Shown piece by piece: positions 19,085-31,484 of a stretch of DNA of 64,000 nucleotides. A program made the translations under genes and the position numbers. A model generated the notes under the pieces. The model was not told the origin of the DNA. It saw only the letters and a list, made by a program, of their open reading frames with translations, and did not search any database. The number at the start of each line of letters is the position of its first letter. Position 1 is the first letter of the stretch. This stretch comes from an uncultured delta proteobacterium (lineage in GTDB: Bacteria > Myxococcota_A > Polyangia > Polyangiales > Polyangiaceae): the NCBI GenBank assembly GCA_963696385.1, contig CAVOKF010000008.1, positions 1-64,000 of the forward strand. Reading direction: 5' to 3'.

Positions 19085-20131
19085 GTGGCGATTACGTTTC
19101 AGGTGTCTCGGGTGGAGCGCGCAACAACTCCGCTGCCGGCTCGCTCGAAGAACGTCAGGATGACTCTCCAGGGCGATCCGGTCGAGGCGATGGGTGCAAG
19201 CGCGGCTGCCTTTCGACCCACGGAGACGCACGCCCTGGTTGCGGCTGCCCACCGCGCCTACGCGACCCACTACCCGCTCGCTCTCTCGCCCGATGCAGTT
19301 TGGCTGGCCATCGCGCAAGGGTTCGCCATGCATGTGAACGCCAACGCGGAGCGGCTTCGCGGCAGGTTCGTCCGGCACGCGGGGCAACTGGCAATCGCGA
19401 TTAATCGGAACGACTTCGTCAAAGGGTCGCCCACGAATCCATGGCCCGAGGTCTTCGGTGCCTTTTCGAATGCCATCGCCGAACACATTGGGCGGCAACG
19501 CGATCTCGTGGTGTGCGACTTCTCTACGACGGGTCCCTGCGAGCGTGCTGCATCGGAGCTGGTGCTGATGGAGTCCGTGCAGAAGTACTTTCGCTACGAG
19601 GTACCCACGCTCTGCGGCATTCCAGAAATCCAGCTCGAAGGGGCGCCGGAAGACTGGCGGACCATCCGCCGCCGAGCGCAGGCGCTGGGGGAGTACGACC
19701 TCGGTTGGTGGGTGGACGCACTCGCTCCCGCATTGGATCAACTCGTGGCGACCTCGGAGGGCCACATTGACGTCCCGTTCTGGGAGCGATTCTTCAAACA
19801 CGTCGACCATTGCGGTGGAGACTGCGCGGGTGGCTGGATCAACGCGTTCATCCCCTACTTACGCAAAAATAATGGCGAGTTCGTGCGAAACCAGGAGATA
19901 GCGGAGGGCAGGATGTTTGCGATGTCCGGGGCGCGACTGTCCGGGGCTCGATTGGAAGATCTCCCCGCAGGACTCTCGCAAGTCCCCTTCCTTTGGAAGT
20001 ATCTTGGCACCAACCTGCCCATGCAATTCGTCGGCGGCTTCGTCGGCGTTGCCCAGGACGACATCACGCTTGCCGTACGACCGGCCATCGGTTGGGCCGT
20101 GCGCGACGCCGTCGACGGTACGCGGTCCTGA
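19085..20131 (+). CDS. DUF4419 domain-containing protein
   Basis: HYPLALSPDAVWLAIAQGFAMHVNANAERLR, CDFSTTG, CGIPEIQLEG..EDW, GWINAF, RPAIGWAV. Confidence 0.8.
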   Translation: MAITFQVSRVERATTPLPARSKNVRMTLQGDPVEAMGASAAAFRPTETHALVAAAHRAYATHYPLALSPDAVWLAIAQGFAMHVNANAERLRGRFVRHAGQLAIAINRNDFVKGSPTNPWPEVFGAFSNAIAEHIGRQRDLVVCDFSTTGPCERAASELVLMESVQKYFRYEVPTLCGIPEIQLEGAPEDWRTIRRRAQALGEYDLGWWVDALAPALDQLVATSEGHIDVPFWERFFKHVDHCGGDCAGGWINAFIPYLRKNNGEFVRNQEIAEGRMFAMSGARLSGARLEDLPAGLSQVPFLWKYLGTNLPMQFVGGFVGVAQDDITLAVRPAIGWAVRDAVDGTRS

Positions 20132-20148
20132 CGATGGGCTTTGACGGC

Positions 20149-20290
20149 ATGGCGACAGACTCGTCTTGGTCGGCTCGAACGCTCGTTCCGTTTAGTCCTG
20201 GTGTTTGGACCTCGACCGACCCTGTTCGGATTCTTGGAATGCGGCTGGGCGCGACGATGGCCGTCGTTGAGCTGCCCCAGGGCGCGCCCG
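20149..20290 (+). pseudogene. Possible DUF4336 N-terminal fragment
   Basis: LVPFSPGVWTSTDPVRILGMRLGATMAVVELPQG resembles the family's N-terminus, then degenerates. Confidence 0.35.
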
Positions 20291-20504
20291 CTGCTCTTCT
20301 CGCCTGGCACGTCAGCGCGCGGAGCCTGAAGGCCACCGGCCGCGGCCGTTTTCGGGAATGGGGCCTGCGCGAACGCACGACATCGATTGACGTCGATCGA
20401 CGGCGGCGCCAGTGGTGTATTGTTGCATTGGGGATGAGCTGAAAACATCGGTTTCCGAGCCGCATTGGCGCGCGCTGGCATGCGGATTTTGATGAGGCCA
20501 AGCC

Positions 20505-21826
<1,322 letters not shown>

Positions 21827-21892
21827 ATAACCATTTGATTTTCTGTATACTTATGCACTTACCTCGTCTGGGACACCGACCGGCTTGCTCGG

Positions 21893-21964
21893 TGGGCGGG
21901 ACAGGGCTTGAACCTGCGACGGCCGGCTTGTAAGGCCAGTGCTCTACCGCTGAGCTACCCGCCC
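21893..21964 (-). tRNA. tRNA-Val(TAC)
   Basis: Reverse complement GGGCGGGTAGCTCAGCGGTAGAGCACTGGCCTTACAAGCCGGCCGTCGCAGGTTCAAGCCCTGTCCCGCCCA, anticodon TAC. Confidence 0.95.
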
Positions 21965-22016
21965 GGGTTGGACTAGTCGTCCGGCGGGGACCCTGAGCCC
22001 TTGGACCGGGCGCGCC

Positions 22017-22044
22017 ACTCTACGCATGCATCGGGCGTGGTCAA
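22017..22044 (-). promoter_or_regulatory. Sigma70-type promoter for the tRNA-Val/tRNA-Asp operon
   Basis: TTGACC-16 nt-TAGAGT followed by the GC-rich discriminator GGCGCGCCC, typical of stable-RNA promoters. Confidence 0.6.
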
Positions 22045-22084
22045 GTACGAAGCGCCGAAGTTTCCCCCGTACTGGCTCTTCTTT

Positions 22085-22625
22085 TCAAGGCGAGCGGCGG
22101 CGCGGTGGTACACCGACACCGAGCGGGGAGGCCCCGGACGAGCGCGCTCTTCTTTCAGGCGAGCGGCCGGCGGCGCGGTGCGCTCGTCCGGCGCGGGAAG
22201 ACCCGGACCGTAGCCGCGGCGAGCGCGCTCTTCCCTCAGGCGAGCGGCGGCGCGGTGCGCTCGTCCGGCGCGGGAAGACCCGGACCGTAGCCGCGGCGAG
22301 CGCGCTCTTCCCTCAGGCGAGCGGCGGCGCGGTGCGCTCGTCCGGCGCGGGAAGACCCGGACCGTAGCCGCGGCGAGCGCGCTCTTCCCTCAGGCGAGCG
22401 GCGGCGCGGTGCGCTCGTCCGGCGCGGGAAGACCCGGACCGTAGCCGCGGCGAGCGCGCTCTTCCCTCAGGCGAGCGGCGGCGCGGTGCGCTCGTCCGGC
22501 GCGGGAAGACCGGGACCGTAGCCGCGGCGAGCGGCCGGCGGCGCGGTGCGATCGAGCAGCGCCGGGAGACCCGGACCGTAGCCGCGGCGAGCCGCTCTTC
22601 CCTCTAGGCGAGTGGCGGCGCGGCG
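22085..22625. repeat. 77-bp tandem repeat array overlapping the lon stop codon
   Basis: Unit starts at 22156, 22237, 22314, 22391 and 22468 (period 77; first unit 81). Degenerate copies at both edges. No spacers. Confidence 0.9.
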
Positions 22626-25114
22626 GGCTCGGACAGAGGAGGGGGAGCACCCGGACCGTCGCCTCGCGAGGGAGCTTCGCTCGGAATGACGACGAGTTCG
22701 CCGTCGCGATACTCCCAGCGCTCGCGACGGGGGCCAAAACGCGCCTCGGTAACAGGAAGACGCAGTGCTTCGGGAAGCACGTCGTCCATGTGATCCACGA
22801 GGACGATGCGCGTGGACCGGAGGACTCGACGAGGCACCTCACGCAGGTCCTTTCGGTTCTCCTTGGGAATAATGACCGTCGTAATGCCGCTGCGGTGCGC
22901 GGCAAGTAGCTTCTCCTTCAGGCCCCCGATGGGCATGACACGTCCGCGCAACGTAATTTCGCCAGTCATAGCCAGATCTCGCTTTACGGGCACCTTGATA
23001 AGCGCACTGGCCAAGCTCGTGGCCATCGTCACGCCGGCACTCGGGCCGTCCTTTCGCACGAACTCTGGGAAGTGCACGTGCACGTCGACCTTTTGGTAGA
23101 AGTCGCTCTCGAGGCCGAGGGCTTCCGCGCGCGAGCGCACGTAACTCATGGCCGCCTGCGCGCTCTCCTCCATCCCCTTCTCGAGCAAGCCCGTGATGAC
23201 GAGCTTGCCCTTGCCAGGAACGACCGCGACCTCGCAAGCGAGAAGCTCCCCGCCCCCATTGGACGTTACCGACAGCCCATTCGTGAGGCCGATCTCGTCG
23301 TGCTCCTCCTTGCGGCCCACACGAAACTTCGGCACTCCCAAGTACCTGGGCACGTCCTTGCCCGTGACGTCGATCGGCTTGTCCTTGCCCTCGGCGACCA
23401 CCTGTCGGGCCACTTTGCGCGCAATGCTCGCAATCTCCCGCTCGAGCGAGCGAACGCCGGCCTCCTTCGTGTAGTGGTGAATGATGGTGCGGATGGCACT
23501 TTCACTGATCGAGAGTGGCACCTCGTCCAGGCCGCATTCCTTGCGCTGCCGCGGCACGAGATACTTGACGGCAATGTTGAGTTTTTCGAATTCCGTGTAT
23601 CCGGATAATTGGATGATTTCCATCCTGTCCTGAAGCGGGATCGGGATACCGCCGAGCGTGTTCGCGGTCGTGATGAACATCACATCAGACAAATCATAAT
23701 CCAGATCCAAATAATGATCGTTGAAGCTGTGATTTTGCTCGGGATCGAGGACCTCCAGGAGCGCCGCGGCCGGGTCACCGCGAAAATCCGTCGACATCTT
23801 GTCGACTTCGTCGAGCAAGAATACCGGATTGTTCGTCGAAACTTTGCGCAAGCTCTGAATCAGCTTACCGGGCATGGCTCCGATGTACGTGCGGCGATGT
23901 CCGCGGATCTCGGCTTCGTCGCGCACGCCGCCGAGAGACAGTCGCACGAACTTGCGTCCCGTCGCTCTCGCGATGCTCTTGGCAAGGCTCGTCTTGCCGA
24001 CACCCGGCGGCCCAACGAAGCAGAGTACGGGGCCTTTCAATTTCTTGGTCAGCGCCTGAACGGCGAGATACTCCAGGATTCGCTCTTTGATCTTCTTCAG
24101 GCCGTAGTGATCTTCCTCTAATATCTCTTCAGCCTTGTTCAGATCGTAGGTCTCATCGCTCTTTTCGTACCAAGGAAGCGTGATGATCCAATCGATATAA
24201 TTACGCACGACGGTCGCCTCGGCGCTCGTCGGGTGCATCATCTTCAGCTTCTTCAGCTCCTTCTTGACCTTCGAAGAAGCCTCCTTGCTCATGCGTTTGG
24301 TCTTGAGCGTTTCTTCAATTTCCTGGATCTCGTTCTTGAATTCGTCGCGTTCACCGCCACCCAGCTCCTTCTGGATGGCCTGCATTTGCTCATTGAGGTA
24401 ATATTCTTTTTGGGTCTTCTCCATCTGCTTCTTGACGCGAGACCGAATTTTTTTCTCCACTTGGAGAATTTCGATTTCGGATTGCATCAATTCATGCAGA
24501 CGTTCGAGTCGTTTGGCCGCATCCTCCATCTCGAGCAACTGTTGCCGGTCCACCAGCTTGATGGTTGGCAAGTTCGCAACGATCGTGTCGCTCAGGCGCG
24601 CCGCATCGTCGATGGTCTGCACGCTCATCAGGACTTCAGGCTGAACCTTTTTGTTCAGCTTCACATAAAGCTCGAAGGCCGCCTGGACACTCCTCATCAA
24701 GGCTTCCACTTCGACGGTGCGCGGCCACGCTTCGACAATCTCCTCGACCTCAACGACGAAGAATTCGTCGGTCTGAACGAAGCGTTTGGACCTCGCGCGG
24801 CGCTTGCCCTCGACCAGGACCTTCACGGTGCCGTCCGGTAGACGAAGAAGCTGCATCACGGTGCCGAGAGTGCCCACCGCGAAAATGTCATCCGGCGTCG
24901 GCTCGTTCGTCTTCGCGTTCTTCTGAGCGGCAAGGAAAATGTCCTTGTCCCGCGCCATCGCCGCGTCGAGCGCGTTGATCGACCGCTCGCGGCCGACGAA
25001 GAGCTGCGAGACCATGTGCGGAAAGACGATGATGTCTCGCAACGGAAGGAGCGGTACCGTTCGGCGTTTCACACCGGGCGGCCCCTTACCGTCCGCGTCT
25101 TTATTGAAGAACAT
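22604..25114 (-). CDS. lon: ATP-dependent protease La
   Basis: LON N domain ([12 protein letters not shown]), Walker A GPPGVGKT, catalytic KDGPSAG and IGGLKEK. Confidence 0.97.
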   Translation of the reverse strand: MFFNKDADGKGPPGVKRRTVPLLPLRDIIVFPHMVSQLFVGRERSINALDAAMARDKDIFLAAQKNAKTNEPTPDDIFAVGTLGTVMQLLRLPDGTVKVLVEGKRRARSKRFVQTDEFFVVEVEEIVEAWPRTVEVEALMRSVQAAFELYVKLNKKVQPEVLMSVQTIDDAARLSDTIVANLPTIKLVDRQQLLEMEDAAKRLERLHELMQSEIEILQVEKKIRSRVKKQMEKTQKEYYLNEQMQAIQKELGGGERDEFKNEIQEIEETLKTKRMSKEASSKVKKELKKLKMMHPTSAEATVVRNYIDWIITLPWYEKSDETYDLNKAEEILEEDHYGLKKIKERILEYLAVQALTKKLKGPVLCFVGPPGVGKTSLAKSIARATGRKFVRLSLGGVRDEAEIRGHRRTYIGAMPGKLIQSLRKVSTNNPVFLLDEVDKMSTDFRGDPAAALLEVLDPEQNHSFNDHYLDLDYDLSDVMFITTANTLGGIPIPLQDRMEIIQLSGYTEFEKLNIAVKYLVPRQRKECGLDEVPLSISESAIRTIIHHYTKEAGVRSLEREIASIARKVARQVVAEGKDKPIDVTGKDVPRYLGVPKFRVGRKEEHDEIGLTNGLSVTSNGGGELLACEVAVVPGKGKLVITGLLEKGMEESAQAAMSYVRSRAEALGLESDFYQKVDVHVHFPEFVRKDGPSAGVTMATSLASALIKVPVKRDLAMTGEITLRGRVMPIGGLKEKLLAAHRSGITTVIIPKENRKDLREVPRRVLRSTRIVLVDHMDDVLPEALRLPVTEARFGPRRERWEYRDGELVVIPSEAPSRGDGPGAPPPLSEPAAPPLA

Positions 25115-25229
25115 CGGCGAATCCTACGTTGGCGGTTTTCGCCGGTCGCTCATGCACCGGCGGGTCGAAGGGGCGAGATGCATGGCCGTCGAATACCGAC
25201 GAATGGGCGGACGGCGAATTGGGCGTCTC

Positions 25230-26486
25230 TCAGGCGAGCTCGGCTTCCTTTTGATACACGATGAGCGGGGGCTCGCGCTTCGTGATCACGTCCTCGTTCA
25301 CGACGACCTCTTTGATGCCGCTGCGTGACGGAATGTCGTACATGATGTCTAGCATAGCGTGCTCGAGGATGGCCCTGAGTCCGCGTGCGCCGGACTGGCG
25401 CAAAAGCGCTTCCCTTGCGACCGACTGGAGAGCACCCTTGGTAAACTTGAGTTTCACGCCATCCATCTCGAATAGCTTCTGATACTGCTTGACCAGCGCA
25501 TTCTTTGGCTTCGTGAGAATGTCGACCAACGCGTCGTCGTTGAGTTCGTGCAGCGTAGCCAGCACCGGCAAACGCCCGATGAACTCCGGGATCAAGCCGA
25601 ACTTGAGCAGGTCTTCCGGCTGCACCTGCTCGAGCAATTCGCCAAGTTTGTAATCCTTCTTGCTCTTGATATCGGCCCCGAAGCCGAGCGTTTGCTGGCC
25701 AATTCGCCTCTGTACGATTTGCTCCAGCCCGACGAAGGCCCCGCCGCAAATAAACAAGATGTTCGTCGTGTCGACTTGCAGGAAGTCCTGCTGCGGGTGC
25801 TTGCGGCCACCCTTCGGCGGCACGTTCGCGATCGTGCCCTCGATGATTTTGAGCAACGCCTGCTGAACCCCCTCGCCGGAAACGTCGCGCGTGATGCTCG
25901 GGTTGTCACCCTTTCGGCTGATCTTGTCGATTTCGTCGATGTACACGATGCCCCGCTGCGCGCGCTCGACGTCGTGGTCGGCGTTCTGAAGCAGCTGTAC
26001 GATGATGTTCTCGACGTCTTCGCCCACATACCCTGCCTCCGTGAGCGTGGTCGCGTCGGCGATCGCAAACGGGACGTTGAGGATTTTGGCGAGCGTCTGA
26101 GCCAGCAGCGTCTTTCCCGTCCCCGTCGGCCCAAGCAACAAAATGTTCGACTTGGCCAGCTCGACGTCGTCCGAGCTGATGCGAGAGTCGATGCGCTTGT
26201 AATGATTGTGGACCGCAACAGCGAGAACCTTCTTCGCGCGCTCCTGCCCGATGACGTAGTCGTCCAGGATCGATTTGATCTCGGACGGCTTCGGGACCGG
26301 CGTGGACCCGGCATACGGCTCGTCCTTCTCGACTTCTTCGGCGATGATGTCGTTGCAAAGACCGATGCACTCGTCGCAAATGTAGACGGTCGGCCCGGCG
26401 ATGAGCTTCTTCACCTCCTTCTGCGACTTGCCGCAGAAGGAACAGTTCAGATTGCCGTTCTGGTGGTCGTCCCGTCTGCGTTCCAA
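25230..26486 (-). CDS. clpX: ATP-dependent Clp protease ATP-binding subunit
   Basis: Zn finger CSFCGK...[17 protein letters not shown] loop, LGF loop. Confidence 0.97.
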   Translation of the reverse strand: MERRRDDHQNGNLNCSFCGKSQKEVKKLIAGPTVYICDECIGLCNDIIAEEVEKDEPYAGSTPVPKPSEIKSILDDYVIGQERAKKVLAVAVHNHYKRIDSRISSDDVELAKSNILLLGPTGTGKTLLAQTLAKILNVPFAIADATTLTEAGYVGEDVENIIVQLLQNADHDVERAQRGIVYIDEIDKISRKGDNPSITRDVSGEGVQQALLKIIEGTIANVPPKGGRKHPQQDFLQVDTTNILFICGGAFVGLEQIVQRRIGQQTLGFGADIKSKKDYKLGELLEQVQPEDLLKFGLIPEFIGRLPVLATLHELNDDALVDILTKPKNALVKQYQKLFEMDGVKLKFTKGALQSVAREALLRQSGARGLRAILEHAMLDIMYDIPSRSGIKEVVVNEDVITKREPPLIVYQKEAELA

Positions 26487-27346
26487 TTCTTGCCTCGTGT
26501 GATGCCGCGGTCCGACAACTCGACGCGATTCGCCTCGACGAGCCTAAACAAAGCTTAGACCCGCACCCCAATCGTCGCAAGCTTGTGCCCAAAGGCCCGG
26601 GGCAGGGCCGTCGCGCAATCGCGATGGAGGGGGTCGGGGTTGGACTGCGAGCACCCACGTGTCGCGCACATCGAGCCTTGTCGGTTGCCTCGCTTTCGGC
26701 GGACCCCGCCGCGCTGGACTTACGCGCATCGAACCAATCGCGACGCCGGCCGAACGCACTCCTAGTGGCCCATTCCGCAAGTCGCGTGAATCAATAAGTG
26801 CAATGGTTCTTGGTGGATGGCCCACTAGCAAGCCGCGGGACCGGCTTTGCGAGTGCGGGGCGGAGCCCGGAAGAACAAGGCGAGTGGAGCGAGTGGTCTG
26901 TTTTCGCTGCGCAGCAGGGCGCCCGTGGACGGATCCACGGGACCTTTGGAAACGGGCCCCTTCAGTAGGCCGTCTCGGAAGTCGCGCAAACCATTTGGTC
27001 TGTCGTCCAGACGTTCTATAGGAGCCGGTCTAATTTGCTCAGGTCGGTCCGCGTTCCAAGCGCGGTTGTCCGAAGCTGCACCGTGGCGACGCAGCTCCGT
27101 GAGCGGTCGTCTTGCTTGCGGCGGCGGTGAGTTCGCGCCGGCGAGCGCGGGTGAATTGAAGATTTCGCTCGGACCGTGTCGCGCGGGCGGGGCCCGGTGG
27201 CGCATCGGGGCTGGACGAGCGCGACCGAACGGATCGAGCTTGTTGACAGTGGACGGAGGCAGCGCCAAGCATACCCGCGCAATGATCAGCGCGCGGCCAG
27301 ACCGATCGAGCTTATTGATAGTTGACGGTATTTTGCGCACGGTGCA

Positions 27347-28060
27347 CTAGCGATCACGGGATGGCTTCTCGGCCTCGCCCTTCTTTCGCGGCGGGAGCAC
27401 GTCATCGATGAGGCCGTACTCCTTTGCTTGCGGCGCGCTCATGTAGAAATCGCGATCGATATCTTTGTGGATGAGATCCTTTTGCTTGCCGGTCGCGTTC
27501 GCGATGATGTCGGTAATGACGTCCTTAAGATGCCGGATTTCGCGCGCTTGGATCTCAATGTCGGTCGCCTGGCCCCGCGCCCCGCCCATCGGCTGATGAA
27601 TCATCACGCGCGCGTTGGGCAGCGCGAGGCGCCGGCCCTTTGTCCCCGCCGCCAAGAGCACGGCGGCCATCGAGGCGGCCATTCCGAGGCATGTCGTGCT
27701 GACGGAGGACCGGACGTATTGCATCGTGTCGTAAATCGCCAACCCGCTCGTCACTACGCCGCCGGGACTGTTGATGTAGAGCATGATCTCTTTGTCCGGA
27801 TCTTCGCTTTCCAGAAAGAGAAATTGCGCGATCACGATGTTGGCTACATCGTCGTTGATTTCCGTACCCAAAAATACGATTCGATCCTTGAGAAGCCGGC
27901 TGAAAATGTCCCAGTTGCGCTCACCCCGGTGCGTCGTCTCGACGACGGTCGGATACGGGATGAAATCGCTGGTCCTCACCGTATCCTGTCCGCTTCGGCT
28001 CGCGAGAGCCTCGAGAACACGGACGGCCTGCGCACGATTCTCGGGACGCTTGGTCGACAT
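27347..28060 (-). CDS. clpP: ATP-dependent Clp protease proteolytic subunit
   Basis: [34 protein letters not shown]. Confidence 0.97.
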   Translation of the reverse strand: MSTKRPENRAQAVRVLEALASRSGQDTVRTSDFIPYPTVVETTHRGERNWDIFSRLLKDRIVFLGTEINDDVANIVIAQFLFLESEDPDKEIMLYINSPGGVVTSGLAIYDTMQYVRSSVSTTCLGMAASMAAVLLAAGTKGRRLALPNARVMIHQPMGGARGQATDIEIQAREIRHLKDVITDIIANATGKQKDLIHKDIDRDFYMSAPQAKEYGLIDDVLPPRKKGEAEKPSRDR

Positions 28061-28085
28061 AAGATTCCTCCGCTCGGCGTGAGCG

Positions 28086-29453
28086 CTAATGGTTCGATGT
28101 CTCGGCTACGACGGCGTCGCTTTCTTGAGCTCGGGCTGCATCACCCGGTGGAGACCCCGGATCCGGATTGGAGGCCGGCGTCACCCGAATGTTGGCCTTG
28201 CTCTCGATGATGTCGAGCACTTTGTCCTCGAGAATCATTCCGATGAGAATTTGGCGCCGCTGCGGGTCTCCGTATTCGGCACGAACTTTTGCTACGTTCT
28301 TGCCGCTATCCGCCGCAAGCTCTTCAATACCCTTCTGAATGTCGTCCTCGGTGACCTTCAGGTCGAGCTTGCGCGCGATCGCTGCCATGAGCAGACCCGC
28401 GCGGACCTTTCTTTCTGCCTCCGCGTGGACCTGGCCATGGATCTTCTGCAGGTCTTCTTTCGTCACCTGTCGCCCACTGCGTCGGGCGCTCTGAACAATG
28501 TCCGCTTCCATCAGTCGGCATTGCTGCTCGACGAGCGACGGCGGGACATCCAGCGGGTTCGTCGCGTTGAGCCGTTCAACGACCTGCTCGGCGAGGAGCG
28601 ACTCCGCGCGCTCGTTCAACAATTTTTCAAGACGAGAGTGAACGTCAGCCCGCAGTTCGACGAGCGTTTGGAAGTTGCCGACATCCTTCGCAAACTCGTC
28701 ATCGAGGGCGGGCAAAACACGCTCTTTCAAATCTTTCACTTTGACGTGGAACTTGCCGATCTTGCCAGCAAGTTCCTTGCGGGGATGAGACTCGAGCAAG
28801 GGAGCTTCGATATCCCTCGCCTCGTCGACCGTGGCCCCGATCAGACCGGCATCGAGTTCGGGAAGCAATTGATTGGCACCGAGCTCGACTTGGATGCCCT
28901 CGGCCCCGGCATCTGGAACGATCGAGCCATCCACGGCGAGCGAGAAGTCGATGGTCAGCACGTCGCCGTTGAGGGCCGGACGCAGGGGATCGGGCACCCT
29001 GACTTGGGAATGCTGCCTTCGCAGAAGCTCGAGCTGTTGGGCCACCGCCTCGGGCGTCGCCGTTTCCGCCGGTCGTTGAAGTTCGAGCCCTTCGTAGGCG
29101 ACTTCGCCGACCTCGGGCTGCACTTCGAAGCGCGCTTTGTACGTAAACGCCGATCCTTGCTCGAACTTCCCGGGCTCGACCAGGGGCTGATTGATGGGCT
29201 GCACACGGTTAGCGGAAATAGCTTTGGGCAGAGTGTCGTTCACGATCGCCTGGACCACATCGGTTGCGACCTGCGGCCCGTAGAGATGCGCGAGAACCTG
29301 GCGAGGGGCCTTCCCGGGACGGAAGCCCCGAACGCGGGCCTTCCGTTGCAGCGTGCCGTACGCTTTCTCGACGTGCTGATTCACGGCGTCCGCCGGCACT
29401 TCGACGGCAAGTTCGACGACGACCGGGGAAATTCGAGCGACCTGGACGTGCAT
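28086..29453 (-). CDS. tig: Trigger factor
   Basis: GFRPGKAP ribosome-binding motif, [10 protein letters not shown], and tig-clpP-clpX-lon synteny. Confidence 0.95.
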   Translation of the reverse strand: MHVQVARISPVVVELAVEVPADAVNQHVEKAYGTLQRKARVRGFRPGKAPRQVLAHLYGPQVATDVVQAIVNDTLPKAISANRVQPINQPLVEPGKFEQGSAFTYKARFEVQPEVGEVAYEGLELQRPAETATPEAVAQQLELLRRQHSQVRVPDPLRPALNGDVLTIDFSLAVDGSIVPDAGAEGIQVELGANQLLPELDAGLIGATVDEARDIEAPLLESHPRKELAGKIGKFHVKVKDLKERVLPALDDEFAKDVGNFQTLVELRADVHSRLEKLLNERAESLLAEQVVERLNATNPLDVPPSLVEQQCRLMEADIVQSARRSGRQVTKEDLQKIHGQVHAEAERKVRAGLLMAAIARKLDLKVTEDDIQKGIEELAADSGKNVAKVRAEYGDPQRRQILIGMILEDKVLDIIESKANIRVTPASNPDPGSPPGDAARAQESDAVVAETSNH

Positions 29454-29588
29454 GGAGGAGCCGAGGGTAGTGTTCCCGGTACGGAACGCAAGTCAGCCCG
29501 ACCACGCTTTTTTGGCGCGAAAGCCCCGCCCGCGCGAGCGGCGCGAGGGCCGCCACGCGACGTGGATCGCGACGGCTTTGGCCGACGA

Positions 29589-29759
29589 TCAATCCTCGTC
29601 CAGCTCGAACTCGTCGTGTTGATCGTCGAACAGCAGGTCGCTCTCGTGAAGCATCGTTTCCTGCATGAGGTCGTCGAGCGAGAATCCTGCCTTGTTGTTG
29701 GTTCGCAGCTCTTCGCGCTCGAACTCCTCAATGGTTCTATAGCTCTTCGGCAGAGGCAT
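29589..29759 (-). CDS. Small acidic hypothetical protein (56 aa)
   Basis: AAGGAAA RBS before ATG. MPLPKSYRTIEEFEREELR...FSLDDLMQE has natural-looking composition. Confidence 0.6.
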   Translation of the reverse strand: MPLPKSYRTIEEFEREELRTNNKAGFSLDDLMQETMLHESDLLFDDQHDEFELDED

Positions 29760-30170
29760 GGTCGTTTCCTTTTTCTTTCGGAACGGGCTTGTAGACGCGT
29801 GACCGCGACCCCGACCGCGCTGAATCGCGAGACCGGCCCCGGATGGGTGCAGCAAGTAGAATTCGGACGTCTCAGACCGGTTTCACGGGCATCGCAGATC
29901 GCTCCTTCGCGCCCTGACCCATTGTGCGAGATCCGTCACGGAGGCCCCCGTAGGGGTGCGACGGCGACGGACACACCGAGGATCGCCGGCGACCACTCCC
30001 CAGAAGCCGAGAACGACGGCGTCCATGGCGCCACCGTCCTCCTCGGCGATCTGCAAAATGTGAATAAGCCGCCCCGTCATGTCCTGGGTCCCTCGCTCCA
30101 ATCTGTCCTACATCTACGGACAAACTACTACGCACGGCTGGGTGCCAAAAGAAAACGGCAGAGATTTCTT

Positions 30171-30652
30171 CGCGTGAGCGCCACGACGACGCGAATCCCG
30201 GCGCCCGTGCGGAGCGGCACGGTAGACAGAGGCTCGCACGATGAGGTTGTTCGCGTGAGCGCCACGACGACGCGAATCCCGGCGCCCGTGCGGAGCGGCA
30301 CGGTAGACAGAGGCTCGCACGATGAGGTTGTTCGCGTGAGCGCCACGACGACGCGAATCCCGGCGCCCGTGCGGGGCGGCACGGTAGACAGAGGCTCGCA
30401 CGATGAGGTTGTTCGCGTGAGCGCCACGACGACGCGAATCCCGGCGCCCGTGCGGAGCGGCACGGTAGACAGAGGCTCGCACGATGAGGTTGTTCGCGTG
30501 AGCGCCACGACGACGCGAATCCCGGCGCCCGTGCGGATCGCGCGCGGTAGACAGAGGCTCGCACGATGAGGTTGTTCGCGTGATGCATCCGAGCGACAAG
30601 AAACCTGGCACACGTGCGGAGCGGCGCGGTAGACAAGAGGCCGCAAGATGAG
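30171..30652. repeat. 81-bp tandem repeat array ending in the parA start region
   Basis: Unit starts at 30171, 30252, 30333, 30414 and 30495. A degenerate sixth copy from 30577 contains the parA ATG. Confidence 0.9.
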
Positions 30653-31484
30653 CAAGCTCGGCGCAGCGGTTCGCCCGACGCACGCTCCACGGGTGATCGC
30701 GGTGGTCAATCAAAAGGGCGGTGTCGGCAAAACGACCACCGCGGTGAACTTGGCGGCCAGCGTCGCCGCGGCCGAACGTCGAACGTTGCTCGTCGATCTG
30801 GATCCGCAAGGGAACGCGAGCAGCGGCCTAGGCGTTTCGCCACGCACGGTCGAGCGAAGCATTTACGACGCCCTGATCGGCCGCGCGACGCTGCGGGACG
30901 TGATCGTTCCGACCGAGCTCGGCTCGCTATTTCTCATCCCGAGCAAGCAAGACCTCGTCGCGGTCGAAATCGAGCTCATCGACGACCCGGATCGACCCTA
31001 CAAACTCCGGAGCCTCTTGGCCGCCTTCCTCCGGGACGAACCGTTCGAGTACGTCTTCGTCGATTGCCCGCCTTCGCTCGGCATCCTTACCGTCAATGCA
31101 CTATCGGCCGCCGACACCGTCCTCGTTCCACTTCAGTGCGAATACTACGCGCTCGAGGGGCTCACCTCGCTCATGGCGACCATCGATCGCGTACGCAGCA
31201 GCATGAATGCCTCACTCGAGGTCGAGGGGATCGTGCTCACCATGTTCGATCCGCGCAACAACTTGGCGCACCAAGTGGCCGAGGAGGTCAAGCGTCACTT
31301 TCACGTGTTCGAATCGGTGATCCCGCGCAACGTTCGACTGAGCGAAGCGCCTTCTCACGGCAAGCCGGTCCTGCTTTACGACGTGCAATCGAAGGGGGCA
31401 CAAGGATACCTGTCGCTTGCCCGCGAGCTGCTTTCGGACCACCGAGCCTCCGCCGAGCGGAGCACCCAGCGGATCGCCAAGTGA
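30648..31484 (+). CDS. parA: ParA/Soj partition ATPase
   Basis: NQKGGVGKTT, DLDPQGNAS, DCPPSLG, IPRNVRLSEAPSHG. Confidence 0.95.
   Translation: MSKLGAAVRPTHAPRVIAVVNQKGGVGKTTTAVNLAASVAAAERRTLLVDLDPQGNASSGLGVSPRTVERSIYDALIGRATLRDVIVPTELGSLFLIPSKQDLVAVEIELIDDPDRPYKLRSLLAAFLRDEPFEYVFVDCPPSLGILTVNALSAADTVLVPLQCEYYALEGLTSLMATIDRVRSSMNASLEVEGIVLTMFDPRNNLAHQVAEEVKRHFHVFESVIPRNVRLSEAPSHGKPVLLYDVQSKGAQGYLSLARELLSDHRASAERSTQRIAK

Noticed and set aside
22085..22625. 77-bp array (and the 81-, 76-, 55- and 57-bp arrays) as CRISPR arrays
   Set aside because: Units are contiguous and near-identical with no unique spacers, and no cas genes are in the window.
30248..30262. TGTTCGCGTGAGCG in the parA repeat as parS
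   Set aside because: Shorter than and mismatched to the 16-bp parS palindrome. Not supportable without binding data.
28089..30569. 826-aa plus-strand ORF
   Set aside because: Antisense shadow of tig extended by the stop-free 81-bp repeat; typical of high-GC DNA.
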